The notes: generated from the sequence alone by a model not told the origin. A stretch of 64,000 nt of DNA from an uncultured bacterium (GCA_964437095.1 CAYTFH010000002.1:14627-78626), one strand, 5' to 3'; numbered from the stretch's first letter, positions 19,906 to 30,033 are shown. Made by a program: numbers and translations.

Positions 19906-21029
19906 GGCCGCGCCTCAGCCCGCAAGGCGGCCGCGGGCACGGGCAGCCCGCAGCCCCGGAGCCGCTCCAGCCGGCCGTACAGATCCTCCAGGCTGTCCGC
20001 GCACACGGTCACGTGGCCCACCTTGCGCCCCGGCCGCACCGCCTTCCCGTACCAGTGGAAGTGGGTACCGGGGACCCGGAGGATGGGGGAGGGATCGGGG
20101 CGCTCGCCGATGAGGTTCACCATGGCGCAGCAGGTCCAGGGCCGGGTGGAACCCAAGGGGAGGCCCGCCACCGCCCGCACGTGGTTGGCGAACTGGCTGG
20201 TCTGGGTGCCCTCGATGGTCCAGTGGCCGGAGTTGTGCACCCGGGGCGCCATCTCGTTGGCCAGGAGTCCTGCGTCCGTTTCGAACAGCTCCAGGCAGAG
20301 GACGCCCACGTAGTCGAGGGCCTCCAGGGCACGCCGGGCGTACGCTTCCGCCGCCTCCGCCACACCTGCGGGGAGCTCTGGCGCCGGAGCCAGGGACAGG
20401 CGCAGGATCCCGCCTTCGTGGTGGTTCTCCACCACGGGGTAGCAGGCCACGTCGCCCGAGGCGCCGCGCACGGCCAGGACAGACAGCTCCCTGCGGAAGG
20501 CCACGAACTCCTCCACCACGAGAGGCCGGCCGCCCAGGACCTGCCACGCCGCGTCCACCTCCTGGGGCCGTTGCACCACCCGCTGCCCCTTCCCGTCGTA
20601 GCCCAGACTGCGGGTCTTCACCACGGCGGGCAGGCCCACCTGTTGCACCGCCTCGCGCAGGTCTTCCAGGGAGTCGACGGGCGAAAACCTTGCGGTGGGG
20701 ATCCCCAGGGAACGGAAGAACCGCTTCTCTGCCAGCCGGTCCTGCGCCACCTCCAGAGCCCTGGGGGGTGGGTGGACGGGGAGCCTGCGGGCCAGCTGCA
20801 CAGCCGTCTCCACGGGCACGTTCTCGAACTCGTACGTGACCCGGTGGCAGGTGCTCGCCAGCTCCTCCAGCGCCCGGGGGTCGCCGAACTCCGCCCGCAG
20901 GTGCAGCCCCACCGCGGCGGCACACGGGTCCTCCGCGGGATCCAGGTACGTGAACTGCAGGCCCAGGGGCAACCCCGCGAGACCCAGCATGCGGCCCAGC
21001 TGGCCGCCGCCCAGCACCCCGATCCTCAC
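19902..21029 (-). CDS. purK: N5-carboxyaminoimidazole ribonucleotide synthase PurK
   Basis: [15 protein letters not shown] start and an ATP-grasp fold. Overlaps the purE stop. Confidence 0.9.
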   Translation of the reverse strand: MRIGVLGGGQLGRMLGLAGLPLGLQFTYLDPAEDPCAAAVGLHLRAEFGDPRALEELASTCHRVTYEFENVPVETAVQLARRLPVHPPPRALEVAQDRLAEKRFFRSLGIPTARFSPVDSLEDLREAVQQVGLPAVVKTRSLGYDGKGQRVVQRPQEVDAAWQVLGGRPLVVEEFVAFRRELSVLAVRGASGDVACYPVVENHHEGGILRLSLAPAPELPAGVAEAAEAYARRALEALDYVGVLCLELFETDAGLLANEMAPRVHNSGHWTIEGTQTSQFANHVRAVAGLPLGSTRPWTCCAMVNLIGERPDPSPILRVPGTHFHWYGKAVRPGRKVGHVTVCADSLEDLYGRLERLRGCGLPVPAAALRAEARP

Positions 21030-21523
21030 GGCGCCTCCCGCGGGTCCGGGTGGTCCAGCACCGCCTGGGTCTGGGCCGCCCGGTACCGGCGCAACGCCTC
21101 CCGGATGTGCGGGTACTTGTTGCCGAGGATGCTCGCCGCGAGCAACGCCGCGTTCACCGCACCCGCGCGGCCGATGGCCAAGGTCCCCACGGGGACCCCC
21201 GCGGGCATCTGGACGATGGACAGCAAGGAGTCCAGGCCCCGCAGGGCCTGGGACTCCACGGGTACGCCCAGCACGGGCAGGACCGTCTTCGCCGCGGTCA
21301 TCCCGGGTAGGTGGGCGGCCCCTCCTGCGCCCGCGATGATGACCTCCAGACCCCGGGCCTCCGCGGACTGCGCGTACTCGTACAGCAGGTCCGGGGTTCG
21401 GTGGGCGGACACCACCCGCACCTCGTAGGGAACGCCCAGCTGCTCCAGGGTGTCCGCGGCGTGGCGCAGGGTCTCCCAGTCCGACCGGGACCCCATGATG
21501 ACACCCACCAGAGGCTGCATCAA
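21026..21523 (-). CDS. purE: N5-CAIR mutase PurE
   Basis: [40 protein letters not shown] PurE signature. Confidence 0.9.
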   Translation of the reverse strand: MMQPLVGVIMGSRSDWETLRHAADTLEQLGVPYEVRVVSAHRTPDLLYEYAQSAEARGLEVIIAGAGGAAHLPGMTAAKTVLPVLGVPVESQALRGLDSLLSIVQMPAGVPVGTLAIGRAGAVNAALLAASILGNKYPHIREALRRYRAAQTQAVLDHPDPREAP

Positions 21524-21542
21524 GGGGATTGTAGCGCAGCCA

Positions 21543-22247
21543 TCAGGCGGGTTTGCGGGCCCGCACGGTCACGGACTGCACGGGCACCGCCCAGGGGTCC
21601 CCGCACCCGGCGTCCGCCACCTCCAGCACCTCCACGTCCTGAAAGCCCGCGGTTTCCAGCAGCTGGAGGTACTCCTCCCTCGGTGGTGCGCCGGCCACGC
21701 ACGCGCTCCACGCCTGGGGGTCCTCCGCCAGGTGAGGCGGGAGGGGGCCTGCGGCCACCACGTCGGAGACCACCAGCCGTCCTCCCGGTTTCAGCACCCG
21801 GTAGGCCTCCCGGAAGGCCCGGGGCTTGTCCGGCACGAGGTTCAGCACGCAGTTGCTCACCACCACGTCCGCGAAGCCGTCCGGCAGCGGCAGCGCCTCC
21901 AGGTCGCCCAGCACGAACCGGGCGTTGTGCACGCCCAGGACCGCGGCGTTGCGCCGCGCCAGGGCCACCATTTCCGGGGTCATGTCCACGCCCACGGCGC
22001 GTCCCTCCGGTCCGACCCGGGAAGCGGCCCGCAGGACGTCCAGGCCTGCGCCGCTCCCGAGGTCCACCACCACCTCTCCCGGCCGGAGGTCGGCGTGCGG
22101 GACGGGGCTACCGCAGCCCAGGGATGGACCCACTGCGCCCGCCGGCTGCGGCCCGGCGCGCTCACACTCGCAGCCGCAGCCCGTCGCCCCGCGAGCCACC
22201 CCACCGTAGTACTCGCGGACCTGCTCCTTGATGCGGCCGGCGTCCAC
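21543..22247 (-). CDS. arsM: arsenite S-adenosylmethionine methyltransferase ArsM-like
   Basis: [15 protein letters not shown]-binding motif plus conserved Cys residues (GCGCECE, LGCGSP, C-terminal AGCG). GTG start after GGAGGAGGTG. Confidence 0.7.
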   Translation of the reverse strand: MDAGRIKEQVREYYGGVARGATGCGCECERAGPQPAGAVGPSLGCGSPVPHADLRPGEVVVDLGSGAGLDVLRAASRVGPEGRAVGVDMTPEMVALARRNAAVLGVHNARFVLGDLEALPLPDGFADVVVSNCVLNLVPDKPRAFREAYRVLKPGGRLVVSDVVAAGPLPPHLAEDPQAWSACVAGAPPREEYLQLLETAGFQDVEVLEVADAGCGDPWAVPVQSVTVRARKPA

Positions 22248-22738
22248 TACCCACCTCCTCCAACGGTTCTCGGACACCCTCCGAAGGAGAATCCACGTTC
22301 TTCGATGGGAAGCGAACGCACCATGAGCCGGGCGCTTTCGGGACAGGCGCCCTGGAACTCCGCGGAGGCGCCAAGGCGCGGGTCGGCCTGGGAGCGGGGG
22401 ACCTCCCGGAAGCCGAAGTACCTGTGGAAGTACGCCGCCGCGGTCTCCGTGAGCAGGTACGCGTGCCGGGCTCCCTGTCGGGCGGCTTCGGACAGGGCGG
22501 CATGACAGAGACGCCGGGCCACGCCCTGGCCCCGGTGCGCGGGGTCGGTGGCCACCGACCGCAGGAGGGCCACCTGGCCGTACACCTCCACGCCTGCGGT
22601 CCCCACCACCGCACCTTGGTGCTCGGCCACCCAGAAGCCCGCCAGGTGCTCGCGCACGCCCGCCCCCGGCAGGCCACACCGCGCCAGCAGGTCGAGGATG
22701 GCGCCTTCGTCGGTGGCCGTGGCGCGTCGCAGGATCAT
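22247..22738 (-). CDS. GNAT family N-acetyltransferase (ArsN-like position in ars operon)
   Basis: VVGTAGVEVYGQVALLRSVATDPAHRGQGVARRL is a GNAT acetyl-CoA-binding motif. It lies between arsR and arsM. Confidence 0.65.
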   Translation of the reverse strand: MILRRATATDEGAILDLLARCGLPGAGVREHLAGFWVAEHQGAVVGTAGVEVYGQVALLRSVATDPAHRGQGVARRLCHAALSEAARQGARHAYLLTETAAAYFHRYFGFREVPRSQADPRLGASAEFQGACPESARLMVRSLPIEERGFSFGGCPRTVGGGG

Positions 22739-22747
22739 CTGTGCCCC

Positions 22748-23104
22748 CTACAGCAGGTCCACCAGCTCGGCCACGGCCCGTTTCAGGCCTGGCCTCCGGA
22801 TCCGGTAGTACACCCACGTCCCGCGGCGCTCCGCTTCCACGAGCCCCGCCTCCCGCAGCACCTTGAGGTGGTGGGACACCGTGGGCTGCGCCAGGGACAG
22901 CGCCTCCTGCAGCTCGCACACGCACAGGGGGCCGTGACGCGCCAGCAGCCGCAGCGCCACCACCCGTGCGGGCTCGGCCAGGGCCGCCAGCACGGACGCC
23001 GTGGCCTCGGCCCGCCGGCGGTCGTCTTCCAGCACCGGAGGCGGAGTACAGCCGCCCGCGGAGGGCACCCCGTCCGGGTGGGTGGGTCTCGCCAACGTCC
23101 GCAC
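22748..23104 (-). CDS. arsR: ArsR/SmtB family metalloregulatory transcriptional repressor
   Basis: LAEPARVVALRLLARHGPLCVCELQEALSLAQPTVSHHLKVL is a winged HTH with a CVC metal-binding motif. Confidence 0.8.
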   Translation of the reverse strand: MRTLARPTHPDGVPSAGGCTPPPVLEDDRRRAEATASVLAALAEPARVVALRLLARHGPLCVCELQEALSLAQPTVSHHLKVLREAGLVEAERRGTWVYYRIRRPGLKRAVAELVDLL

Positions 23105-23110
23105 GCCCCC

Positions 23111-23140
23111 AGGCTAGCAATTGAATCGAATACTGTCAAT
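23111..23140 (-). promoter_or_regulatory. arsR promoter (TTGACA-N17-TAGCCT) with an ATTGA-N11-TCAAT dyad; the predicted transcript is leaderless
   Basis: On the minus strand, -35 TTGACA, a 17-nt spacer and TAGCCT end 7 nt before the arsR GTG. There is no room for an SD, and the same -10 hexamer is used at the hspR promoter. Confidence 0.45.
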
Positions 23141-23170
23141 GTATCGCGGGGCTACGGGTCGGCCTCGTCT

Positions 23171-24418
23171 CTAGAGGGCCCGGGTGGCGCCGCGGCCCAG
23201 CACCACCAGGCCGGAGGGGTCCACGTGGTACCGGCGGGCGTCCTCCTCCAGGTCGAACCCGATGACGGTGCCGGGCTCCAGGGTGTTGAACCGGTCCACC
23301 ACCACGCGGCGCAGCCGCACCCCGGGCCGCAGCACGCAGTAGTCCATGACCACGGACTCCTCCACCTCCACGTCCTCCTCCACCCGGACCTCCCGGCCCA
23401 GCACGGACCGGACCACCCGCCCGCCGTGGATCACGCACCCCTCGCCGATCAGGGAGTCCCGGACCTCCCCGAACACGATGCGGGCGGAGGGACCCGCGTA
23501 GGGAGCTCCCTTGATGGGCCACAGGTGGTTGGACAGGTCGAACCGGGGCTGCGGGCCCAGCAGGTCCATGTGGGCCCGCCAGTACGCCTCCAGGGTCCCC
23601 ACGTCCCGCCAGTACCCGGGCTCTTCGTAGGGCTTGACGCCGGGGATCCGGTTGGTGTGGAAGTCGTACGCGAACACCCGGTGTCGGGACACCAGGGCGG
23701 GCAGGATGCTGCGGCCGAAGTCGTGCGCCGTGTCCTTCGAGGCGTCCTCCACCACGGCGTCCACCAGCAGCCTGGCGTCGAACAGGTAGTTCCCCATGGA
23801 GGCCAGGGCGAACCCCGGCCGGCCCGGCATGGGCCGGGGCCGGGCGGGCTTCTCTTCAAATCCGCGCACGCGTCCGTCGGGGTCCGTCTCCAGCACGCCC
23901 ATGCGGCTGGCCTCCTCCACGGGCACGGGCAGGGCGGCCACGGTGACCTCCGCCTCGCGCTCCAGGTGGAATTCCACCATCTGGGAGACGTCCATGCGGT
24001 AGATGTGGTCGGCCCCGAACACCGCCACCAGGGCCGGGCCGAAGTCGCGGATGAGGTTCAGGTTCTGGTACACCGCGTCCGCGGTGCCCCGGTACCAAGA
24101 GTCCCCCCAGCGCATCTGCGGAGGGACCACCAGGACGAAGTGGTCCTCGTGCAGGCCGCTGGCCCGCCAGGCGTGGCGCAGGTGGTCGATGAGGGACTGG
24201 GACTTGTACTGCACCAGGATGTACAGGGAGAACACGTTGGAGTTCACCAGGTTGCTCAGCACGAAGTCCACGATGCGGTACTTGCCCCCGAAGGGCACCG
24301 CGGGCTTGCTGCGGTCCCGGGTCAGGGGGTGTAGGCGCTCACCGCGGCCCCCCGCCAGCACCAGGCCCAGCGTGCGCCTGCGACCACCGGGAGACGGCCG
24401 GTCTCCGCTGTTGGACAT
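23171..24418 (-). CDS. glgC: glucose-1-phosphate adenylyltransferase GlgC
   Basis: LVLAGGRGERLHPLTRDRSKPAVPFGGKYRIVDFVLSN signature. Confidence 0.9.
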   Translation of the reverse strand: MSNSGDRPSPGGRRRTLGLVLAGGRGERLHPLTRDRSKPAVPFGGKYRIVDFVLSNLVNSNVFSLYILVQYKSQSLIDHLRHAWRASGLHEDHFVLVVPPQMRWGDSWYRGTADAVYQNLNLIRDFGPALVAVFGADHIYRMDVSQMVEFHLEREAEVTVAALPVPVEEASRMGVLETDPDGRVRGFEEKPARPRPMPGRPGFALASMGNYLFDARLLVDAVVEDASKDTAHDFGRSILPALVSRHRVFAYDFHTNRIPGVKPYEEPGYWRDVGTLEAYWRAHMDLLGPQPRFDLSNHLWPIKGAPYAGPSARIVFGEVRDSLIGEGCVIHGGRVVRSVLGREVRVEEDVEVEESVVMDYCVLRPGVRLRRVVVDRFNTLEPGTVIGFDLEEDARRYHVDPSGLVVLGRGATRAL

Positions 24419-24437
24419 GGCTCACCCCGCGTCACCA

Positions 24438-25286
24438 TCATACGGGCCAGGGACTGCCGGAAAGGCCCTGGACGGGGATCCCGGCCGCCTCCAGGGCTTC
24501 GCGCAACCGCCACCGCAGCTCCCGCTCCGCCTGGGCCCGGTGGGCGGGCAGGACGGGGACGGCCACGCGGACGGTGGCGCCGGCGGGGGTGAGCTCCACC
24601 AGGGAATCCACCTCCACGGGACCCGCGGTCCAGTCCGGGTGCTGCGCGGCCCACGTCCCCGCCACCTCCTGGCAGACCCGGGCCGCGCTACTAAGGTCCG
24701 CGGTGGCAGCTACGGTGACGGACACCACCGCCCGCAGGTGCCCCCGGCTCAGGTTGGCGAAGCGGGTGATCTCGCCGTTGGGGATGGTGACCAGCTCCCC
24801 CGTGTACCGGCGGATCTGGGTGTTGCGGAGGGTGATCTGCTCCACCTGCCCTACCTCACCGCCCACCGCCACCACGTCGCCCACCTGCAGCGCCCCGTCC
24901 AGGATGAGGAAGAAGCCGGACAGGCTGTCCCGCACCAGGGTCTGCGCCCCGAGACCCACCGCCAGTCCTGCGATCCCCGCGCTGGCGATGACCGCGGCGG
25001 CGTCCACGTTCATCTGCCGCAGGATCATCACTAGGGCCACGAAGTACACCGCGTAGCGCACCGCGCTGTGGGCCAGGGAGGCCAGGGTGCGCGCCCGAGC
25101 GAGCCGCGCCTCGTAGTCCCGAACCCCCGGGAGAGGCTGCAGCAGCCGGTCCACGGCCCTGCGCGACCCGGTCACCACCAGCCACGCTCCCAAGGCGATG
25201 GCCACCGACGCCAGGAGGCTGCGCAGCGCCGCCGCCAGGCGGGCGGCGGAGGCCAGGTCCTGGAACACTTCCCGCAACACCTCCAT
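24438..25286 (-). CDS. small-conductance mechanosensitive channel (MscS family)
   Basis: Three TMs followed by the MscS beta domain (GDVVAVGGEVGQVEQITLRNTQIRRYTGELVTIPN). ATG overlaps the upstream stop (ATGA). Confidence 0.8.
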   Translation of the reverse strand: MEVLREVFQDLASAARLAAALRSLLASVAIALGAWLVVTGSRRAVDRLLQPLPGVRDYEARLARARTLASLAHSAVRYAVYFVALVMILRQMNVDAAAVIASAGIAGLAVGLGAQTLVRDSLSGFFLILDGALQVGDVVAVGGEVGQVEQITLRNTQIRRYTGELVTIPNGEITRFANLSRGHLRAVVSVTVAATADLSSAARVCQEVAGTWAAQHPDWTAGPVEVDSLVELTPAGATVRVAVPVLPAHRAQAERELRWRLREALEAAGIPVQGLSGSPWPV

Positions 25287-27052
25287 CAGATCTCCCCCCG
25301 CGCGCGGCGGACGGCCAGGTCGATGAGCAGGGCCGCAGACCATCCGAAGCCGGGAGCCGCGCGGGTGCCGGGCTGGCCCGTCTCCGGGTTGTAGTACTCC
25401 CGGAGGTCGGGGGATTGGGCCAGCATCTCCAGGGTACGGTCGCACAGCTCCCTGGCTCGGTGGCGCTGCCCGCAGCGCAGCAAGCCGTCCACCAACAGGT
25501 AGTTCACGTTCACCCAAACCGGGCCGCGCCACATGCGGTCGGGGTCATATGCGGGGTCGGAGCGGGCCACGGTGGGGACGGGGTACGGTGCCCAGAAGGC
25601 CTCCGGGTCCTCCAGGCGATCCAGCAGGGCGCCCTGGACCGCGGGCGGGAGCCGCCCCGTGAGCAGGGGCAGCAAGCTCACCACCGTGAGGCTCGGTACC
25701 CGTTCGTGGCCACCGGGGACCATGCGCTGCGCCCAGAACAGGCCGGAGCGCGGGTCGTACAGGTGGTCCAGCAGGGCCTGCGCCAAGCGGTCCGCCTGCC
25801 GGCGCCAGGCTTGAGCGTCCTCCATCAAACCCAGGACCTCCGCCATGCGCCCCAGGGCCTCGGCCTGCAGGCACAGGTACGTGTTCAGGTCCGGCGACTC
25901 CACGGGCATGCCAAAGTCCCAGAGCGGGCTGTCGTCCAGCCCGGACGAGAACGGGTGGTCGTACTGGCACACCCCATCCCCGTCCCGGTCGCAGCGTTCC
26001 AGCCACCAGGCCTGCCAACGGCTCAGGGGCTCGTACATCTCGTCCAGGAAGTCCGCGTCCTGGGTGGCCTCGTACACCCGCCACAGGCACCACCCCGCCA
26101 CGGGCGGCTTGGTGACGGAGGCGTCCACGGGGTAGCCCATGCGCTCCACCACGCCCTCGTCGAACACACAGTCGGGCACCATCCCGTCGGGCCGCTGGTG
26201 GTCGAACAGGACCCGGAACTGGTCGTGGGCCAGCTGTGGGTCCACGTGCCGGTACGCCAGGGCGTGGAAGAAGGCGTCCCACTGCCACAGCCCCACGTAG
26301 TGCACCTTGGACGGCACCATGGCCTCCCGCGTCACGTAGAACCGGCTGCTGATGAGCCCGGCCCGCATCAGGTACCACGCGTACAGATACGCCGGCCGGA
26401 GTCCCGGCAGCGCTGCGGGGATCCGGTCGAACCACTCCCGCCACCGCTGCTCCGCGGCCTCGAAGACACCCGAGGGCTGGATACGGCGGTCAAAGCCCAG
26501 GCGCGGGGTGACGTTGAGGGTGAACAGGGGATCCGGGTGGTGGCCTACCACCACGGTGACCTGCCACTGGCCGGAATCCGTGGCCGCGGCCTCGTTGCGG
26601 AGCACGGGGGCGTTGGTGGTGTACGCCACGTTGCGGATCCCCCGGGCGCGACCTCCCCGCCGGTCGGGGGTCAGGCTGTCGGCCCGGACCACGAACCGGA
26701 TCCCCCAGGGGCCCGGAGGGGGCCTTAAAGCCAGCAGCTCGGGGGTGGCGAAGCACAGCTGGAAGGACCCGAGGGGAGTGCGGAACACCAGCTTGTGCGG
26801 GTAGCAGCTCAGGTCCCACCGGAGCGGGTTGCCCTGGCCGTCCAGCAGCTCCACCTCCTTCACCAGCGGCGGCCGCACCCGGTACGTGCCCTCCGTGTAC
26901 TCCAGCTTCGGCCACCGCTCGCACACCCGCACGTACAGCCGCGGCCGGTCCGGCTCCCGGAACACCAGGATGCGGCTGCCGCGGTCCGTGAAGGGCACCA
27001 CGGTGGGGTCCAGGCGGGAGCCCACCACCTCCAAGGGGTCGGCTTCAGGCAT
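25286..27052 (-). CDS. GH63 family glycoside hydrolase, likely glucosylglycerate/mannosylglycerate hydrolase
   Basis: (alpha/alpha)6 GH63-like segments (GLWQWDAFFHALA, WRGPVWVNVNYLLVDGL). Adjacent to gpgS. Confidence 0.6.
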   Translation of the reverse strand: MPEADPLEVVGSRLDPTVVPFTDRGSRILVFREPDRPRLYVRVCERWPKLEYTEGTYRVRPPLVKEVELLDGQGNPLRWDLSCYPHKLVFRTPLGSFQLCFATPELLALRPPPGPWGIRFVVRADSLTPDRRGGRARGIRNVAYTTNAPVLRNEAAATDSGQWQVTVVVGHHPDPLFTLNVTPRLGFDRRIQPSGVFEAAEQRWREWFDRIPAALPGLRPAYLYAWYLMRAGLISSRFYVTREAMVPSKVHYVGLWQWDAFFHALAYRHVDPQLAHDQFRVLFDHQRPDGMVPDCVFDEGVVERMGYPVDASVTKPPVAGWCLWRVYEATQDADFLDEMYEPLSRWQAWWLERCDRDGDGVCQYDHPFSSGLDDSPLWDFGMPVESPDLNTYLCLQAEALGRMAEVLGLMEDAQAWRRQADRLAQALLDHLYDPRSGLFWAQRMVPGGHERVPSLTVVSLLPLLTGRLPPAVQGALLDRLEDPEAFWAPYPVPTVARSDPAYDPDRMWRGPVWVNVNYLLVDGLLRCGQRHRARELCDRTLEMLAQSPDLREYYNPETGQPGTRAAPGFGWSAALLIDLAVRRARGEI

Positions 27053-28868
27053 GGGAAGGTCCCCCGGAGGCCAGCAGGGCCGCGCGGCGGGCACGGTACT
27101 CGGGCACGGTGAGCACGGGCGGGCGCTCCACCTCCACCACCTCCCGCTCCTCCAGGAACAACTGGCCCAGCTCGTGGCGGATGAGCTTCATGGTGCGGGA
27201 CGCGGAGTCCAACAGGGGCGTGCCGATCCGGTCCTCCAGCCGCCGCGCCACCACCTGGACGATCTGGAACGCCATGAGGGACAGGCTCTGGAGGGACTGG
27301 TTGCGGTGGATGCGCTGCTCCAGGTCCACCTGTCCGATGGCGTGCAGCCCGAACCGGCTCAACAGGTCGATGAGCATGCCGGTCTCCACCCCGTAGCCGG
27401 TGAAGAAGGGGATCTGCTCCAGGGCCTCCCTCCGTCCCGCGTACTCACCCGCCAGGGGCTGGATGAGGCCGGACAGTTCCGGGAAGAACAGGTTGAACAG
27501 CGGGCGCGCCACCAGCTCCGTCACCCGGCCGCCGCCGGTCTCGTACAGCCGGTCCCCGATCTGCACGGGCCGTCGGTAGTACCCTTTGACGAACAGGATG
27601 CGCTCCTCCCGGAGCAGGGGGCCCACCAGGCCGTACACGAACTTGGGGTGCATGTTGCGGATGTCCGTGTCCACCCACACCACCACGTCCCCCCGCACCA
27701 CGTACAGGCTCTTCCACAGGGCCTCCCCCTTGCCCCGGTAGGAGCCCAGGTGGGGCAGGATCTCCCGGTGGCGGTACACGGGGATCCCTTCCGCCTCCGC
27801 GATCCCCCGGGTGCGGTCGGTGGAGTCGCTGTCGATGAGGACCATCTCGTCCAGGAGGGGTACCTCCCGCATGAGGCGGTCCCGCAGTACCCGGATCACG
27901 CTCCCGACGGTCTCCTCCTCGTTGAGGGCGGGCAGGGCCAAGCTGATGGTCCAGCCGCGGCGCCGCTTGAGCTCCACCAGGTGGTCCAGGTCCTCGAACT
28001 CCCGGGCGTGGAAGGTGTTCTCCGCGAACCACTTCTCCACTTCCGGCCGCGACCACCGGGCCGGGGCGGTGGCGTGCTCCTGTAGCCACACCTGCACCGA
28101 CCGGCCGGTGCGGACCACCACCAGCGGGGCGATGGCGCGCAGGGGAGGTTGCACCGCGGGCCGCGCGGGGTCCGCGGTGGCGCCCACCACCACCGCGGTG
28201 TAGCGGGGGGCCTCCTGGGCGATGACGTGGGCGGCGCTGCCCGTGGCGATGCGCTTCCGCACCCCCTGCTCCGCCCGCTGCATCACCACCAGGTACGGCC
28301 GCTCCTCCCGCCAACGGTCCCGCTCCGGGATGTCCTCCCGGAACACGTGCAGGGCGGTGACCTCACCTCCCGCGGCCTCTGCCAGGGCCTGCGCCACCCG
28401 CAGGGCCAGCTCCGCGTTGGGCCCGCCCCGCACGCCCACCAGGACCCGCGAGAAGTCCTGGGGAGCCAGGGGCGGGGCCAGGACCACGTCGCACGGAGCC
28501 GTCCTCAGCAGGTCGTCCACCCGCAGGCCGAACACGGGCTCCTCCAGGGAGCCCGGGCGCAGGACCACCAGGAGCTCTGCCGCCTCCTCCCGGCACGCGG
28601 AGGTCACTTCCCGCCAGGAGTCGTGGCCCGCCCGAACCAGCACCCGCACCGCCTCGGCCCCAGGCCGGCTCCGGGCCGCCCGCTCCAGGTCCTCCCTGGC
28701 CCGCTGTGCCGCGGTGGCCGCGGTGCTCAGGGGCTCGTCGGGGGGGACGGGCACGGGGTACAGGAGCACCGGGTCGGCGCCCCACGCCCGCGCCAGGGGC
28801 AGGAGGAGCTCTAGGACTCCGGCCGCGCGCTCCGGCTGGGTGAGGGTTGCCAGGACCGTACGCTTCAT
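27045..28868 (-). CDS. gpgS: universal stress protein (tandem Usp) fused to glucosyl-3-phosphoglycerate synthase GpgS (GT81)
   Basis: The C-terminal ~320 aa align colinearly with mycobacterial GpgS (ISLALPALNEEETVGSV, LIDSDSTD, GKGEALWKSL, GGGRVTELVARPL, SGEYAGRRE, GYGVETGMLID). The N-terminal ~290 aa have two UspA-like halves. Confidence 0.8.
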   Translation of the reverse strand: MKRTVLATLTQPERAAGVLELLLPLARAWGADPVLLYPVPVPPDEPLSTAATAAQRAREDLERAARSRPGAEAVRVLVRAGHDSWREVTSACREEAAELLVVLRPGSLEEPVFGLRVDDLLRTAPCDVVLAPPLAPQDFSRVLVGVRGGPNAELALRVAQALAEAAGGEVTALHVFREDIPERDRWREERPYLVVMQRAEQGVRKRIATGSAAHVIAQEAPRYTAVVVGATADPARPAVQPPLRAIAPLVVVRTGRSVQVWLQEHATAPARWSRPEVEKWFAENTFHAREFEDLDHLVELKRRRGWTISLALPALNEEETVGSVIRVLRDRLMREVPLLDEMVLIDSDSTDRTRGIAEAEGIPVYRHREILPHLGSYRGKGEALWKSLYVVRGDVVVWVDTDIRNMHPKFVYGLVGPLLREERILFVKGYYRRPVQIGDRLYETGGGRVTELVARPLFNLFFPELSGLIQPLAGEYAGRREALEQIPFFTGYGVETGMLIDLLSRFGLHAIGQVDLEQRIHRNQSLQSLSLMAFQIVQVVARRLEDRIGTPLLDSASRTMKLIRHELGQLFLEEREVVEVERPPVLTVPEYRARRAALLASGGPSHA

Positions 28869-28948
28869 GCAAGGGCAGTTTACCGCCCTGCCGCGGTGGG
28901 CACGAGCCGACAGGTGTTGATCGACCCGGCCCCGAAGATAACGGAGTC

Positions 28949-30013
28949 ATGAGCTACGTGCTGGACGACCCGCACCGCCGGAAGGCCTTGGACCCCCAGG
29001 ACATGGTGGGCCTGGTGTTGCGCACCCCGGAGTTCCTGCAGGAGGGGTGGAAGTTGGGGAGTGCGCTCCCGATCCCCGACCCGGAACCGCCCCGGCACCT
29101 CCTGGTCCTCGGCATGGGCGGATCGGGCATCGGGGGCGACCTGTTGCGGGGGCTCCTGTACGGCCGGGCCCGGTTCCCCGTGACCGTGGTCAAGGACTAC
29201 TCCCTGCCCGCGTGGGTGGGGCCGGGGGCGATGGCCTTCGCATGCTCGTACTCGGGCAACACGGAGGAGACCCTGAGCGCGTACCAGCTGGCCCGTGCCG
29301 CGGGCGCGCGGTGCGTGGCGGTCACCTCCGGGGGCAAGCTGGCGGAGCGCGCGGCGCGGGACGGAGTCCCGTGGGTGAGAGTCCCCCCGGGGCTTCCACC
29401 GAGGGCGGCTCTGGGCTACCTGCTGGGTCCCATGCTGGCGGTGGTGCACCGTTGGGGCTGGGTGGACGGCCTGCAGCAGGAGGTGGAGGAGGCGGTCCCC
29501 CTGCTCCAGGAGCTGGCGCGACGGTGGGGCCCGGAGGTGGCCACCCCGGACAACCCGGCCAAGCAGCTGGCCCGGGACCTGGTGGCGCGGGTGCCCGTGG
29601 TGTACGCGGCGTCGCGCCTGTCGGAGGCGGCGGCCCTGCGGTGGAAGACCCAGCTGAACGAGAACAGCAAGGTGTACGCCACGTGGAACGCCTTCCCGGA
29701 GCTCAACCACAACGAGACCGTGGGCTGGGCGCTGGCGGGACAGCCGGAAGGGCTGCTGGCGGTGGTGGTGCTCCGGGACCCGGACGACCCGCCGAGGCTG
29801 GTCCGGCGGGTGGAGGTGACCCGGGAGTTGGCGTTCGGTCCGGCGGCCGCCGTCCACGAGGTGCGGGCGACCGGGCGGGCCCCGTTGAGCCGGGTCCTGT
29901 CCCTCGTCTTGTTCGGGGATCTGGTGAGCGTGTATCTTGCATACTTGAGCGAGGTGGACCCCACCCCCGTGACGGTGATCGACGAGCTCAAGCGTCGCCT
30001 GGAGAGCCGGTAG
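28949..30013 (+). CDS. bifunctional phosphoglucose/phosphomannose isomerase (SIS domain, archaeal-type PGI/PMI)
   Basis: LLVLGMGGSGIGGDL SIS motif and a PGI/PMI family C-terminus. Confidence 0.7.
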   Translation: MSYVLDDPHRRKALDPQDMVGLVLRTPEFLQEGWKLGSALPIPDPEPPRHLLVLGMGGSGIGGDLLRGLLYGRARFPVTVVKDYSLPAWVGPGAMAFACSYSGNTEETLSAYQLARAAGARCVAVTSGGKLAERAARDGVPWVRVPPGLPPRAALGYLLGPMLAVVHRWGWVDGLQQEVEEAVPLLQELARRWGPEVATPDNPAKQLARDLVARVPVVYAASRLSEAAALRWKTQLNENSKVYATWNAFPELNHNETVGWALAGQPEGLLAVVVLRDPDDPPRLVRRVEVTRELAFGPAAAVHEVRATGRAPLSRVLSLVLFGDLVSVYLAYLSEVDPTPVTVIDELKRRLESR

Positions 30014-30033
30014 GGCGAGGAGGCGGACAGCGG

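Noticed and set aside
21543-23120. A 525-aa minus-strand ORF spanning arsM, the GNAT gene and arsR.
   Set aside because: It is a frame artefact. Only its C-terminal 234 aa (ArsM) are real. The GNAT and ArsR genes are separate ORFs in other frames with their own starts.
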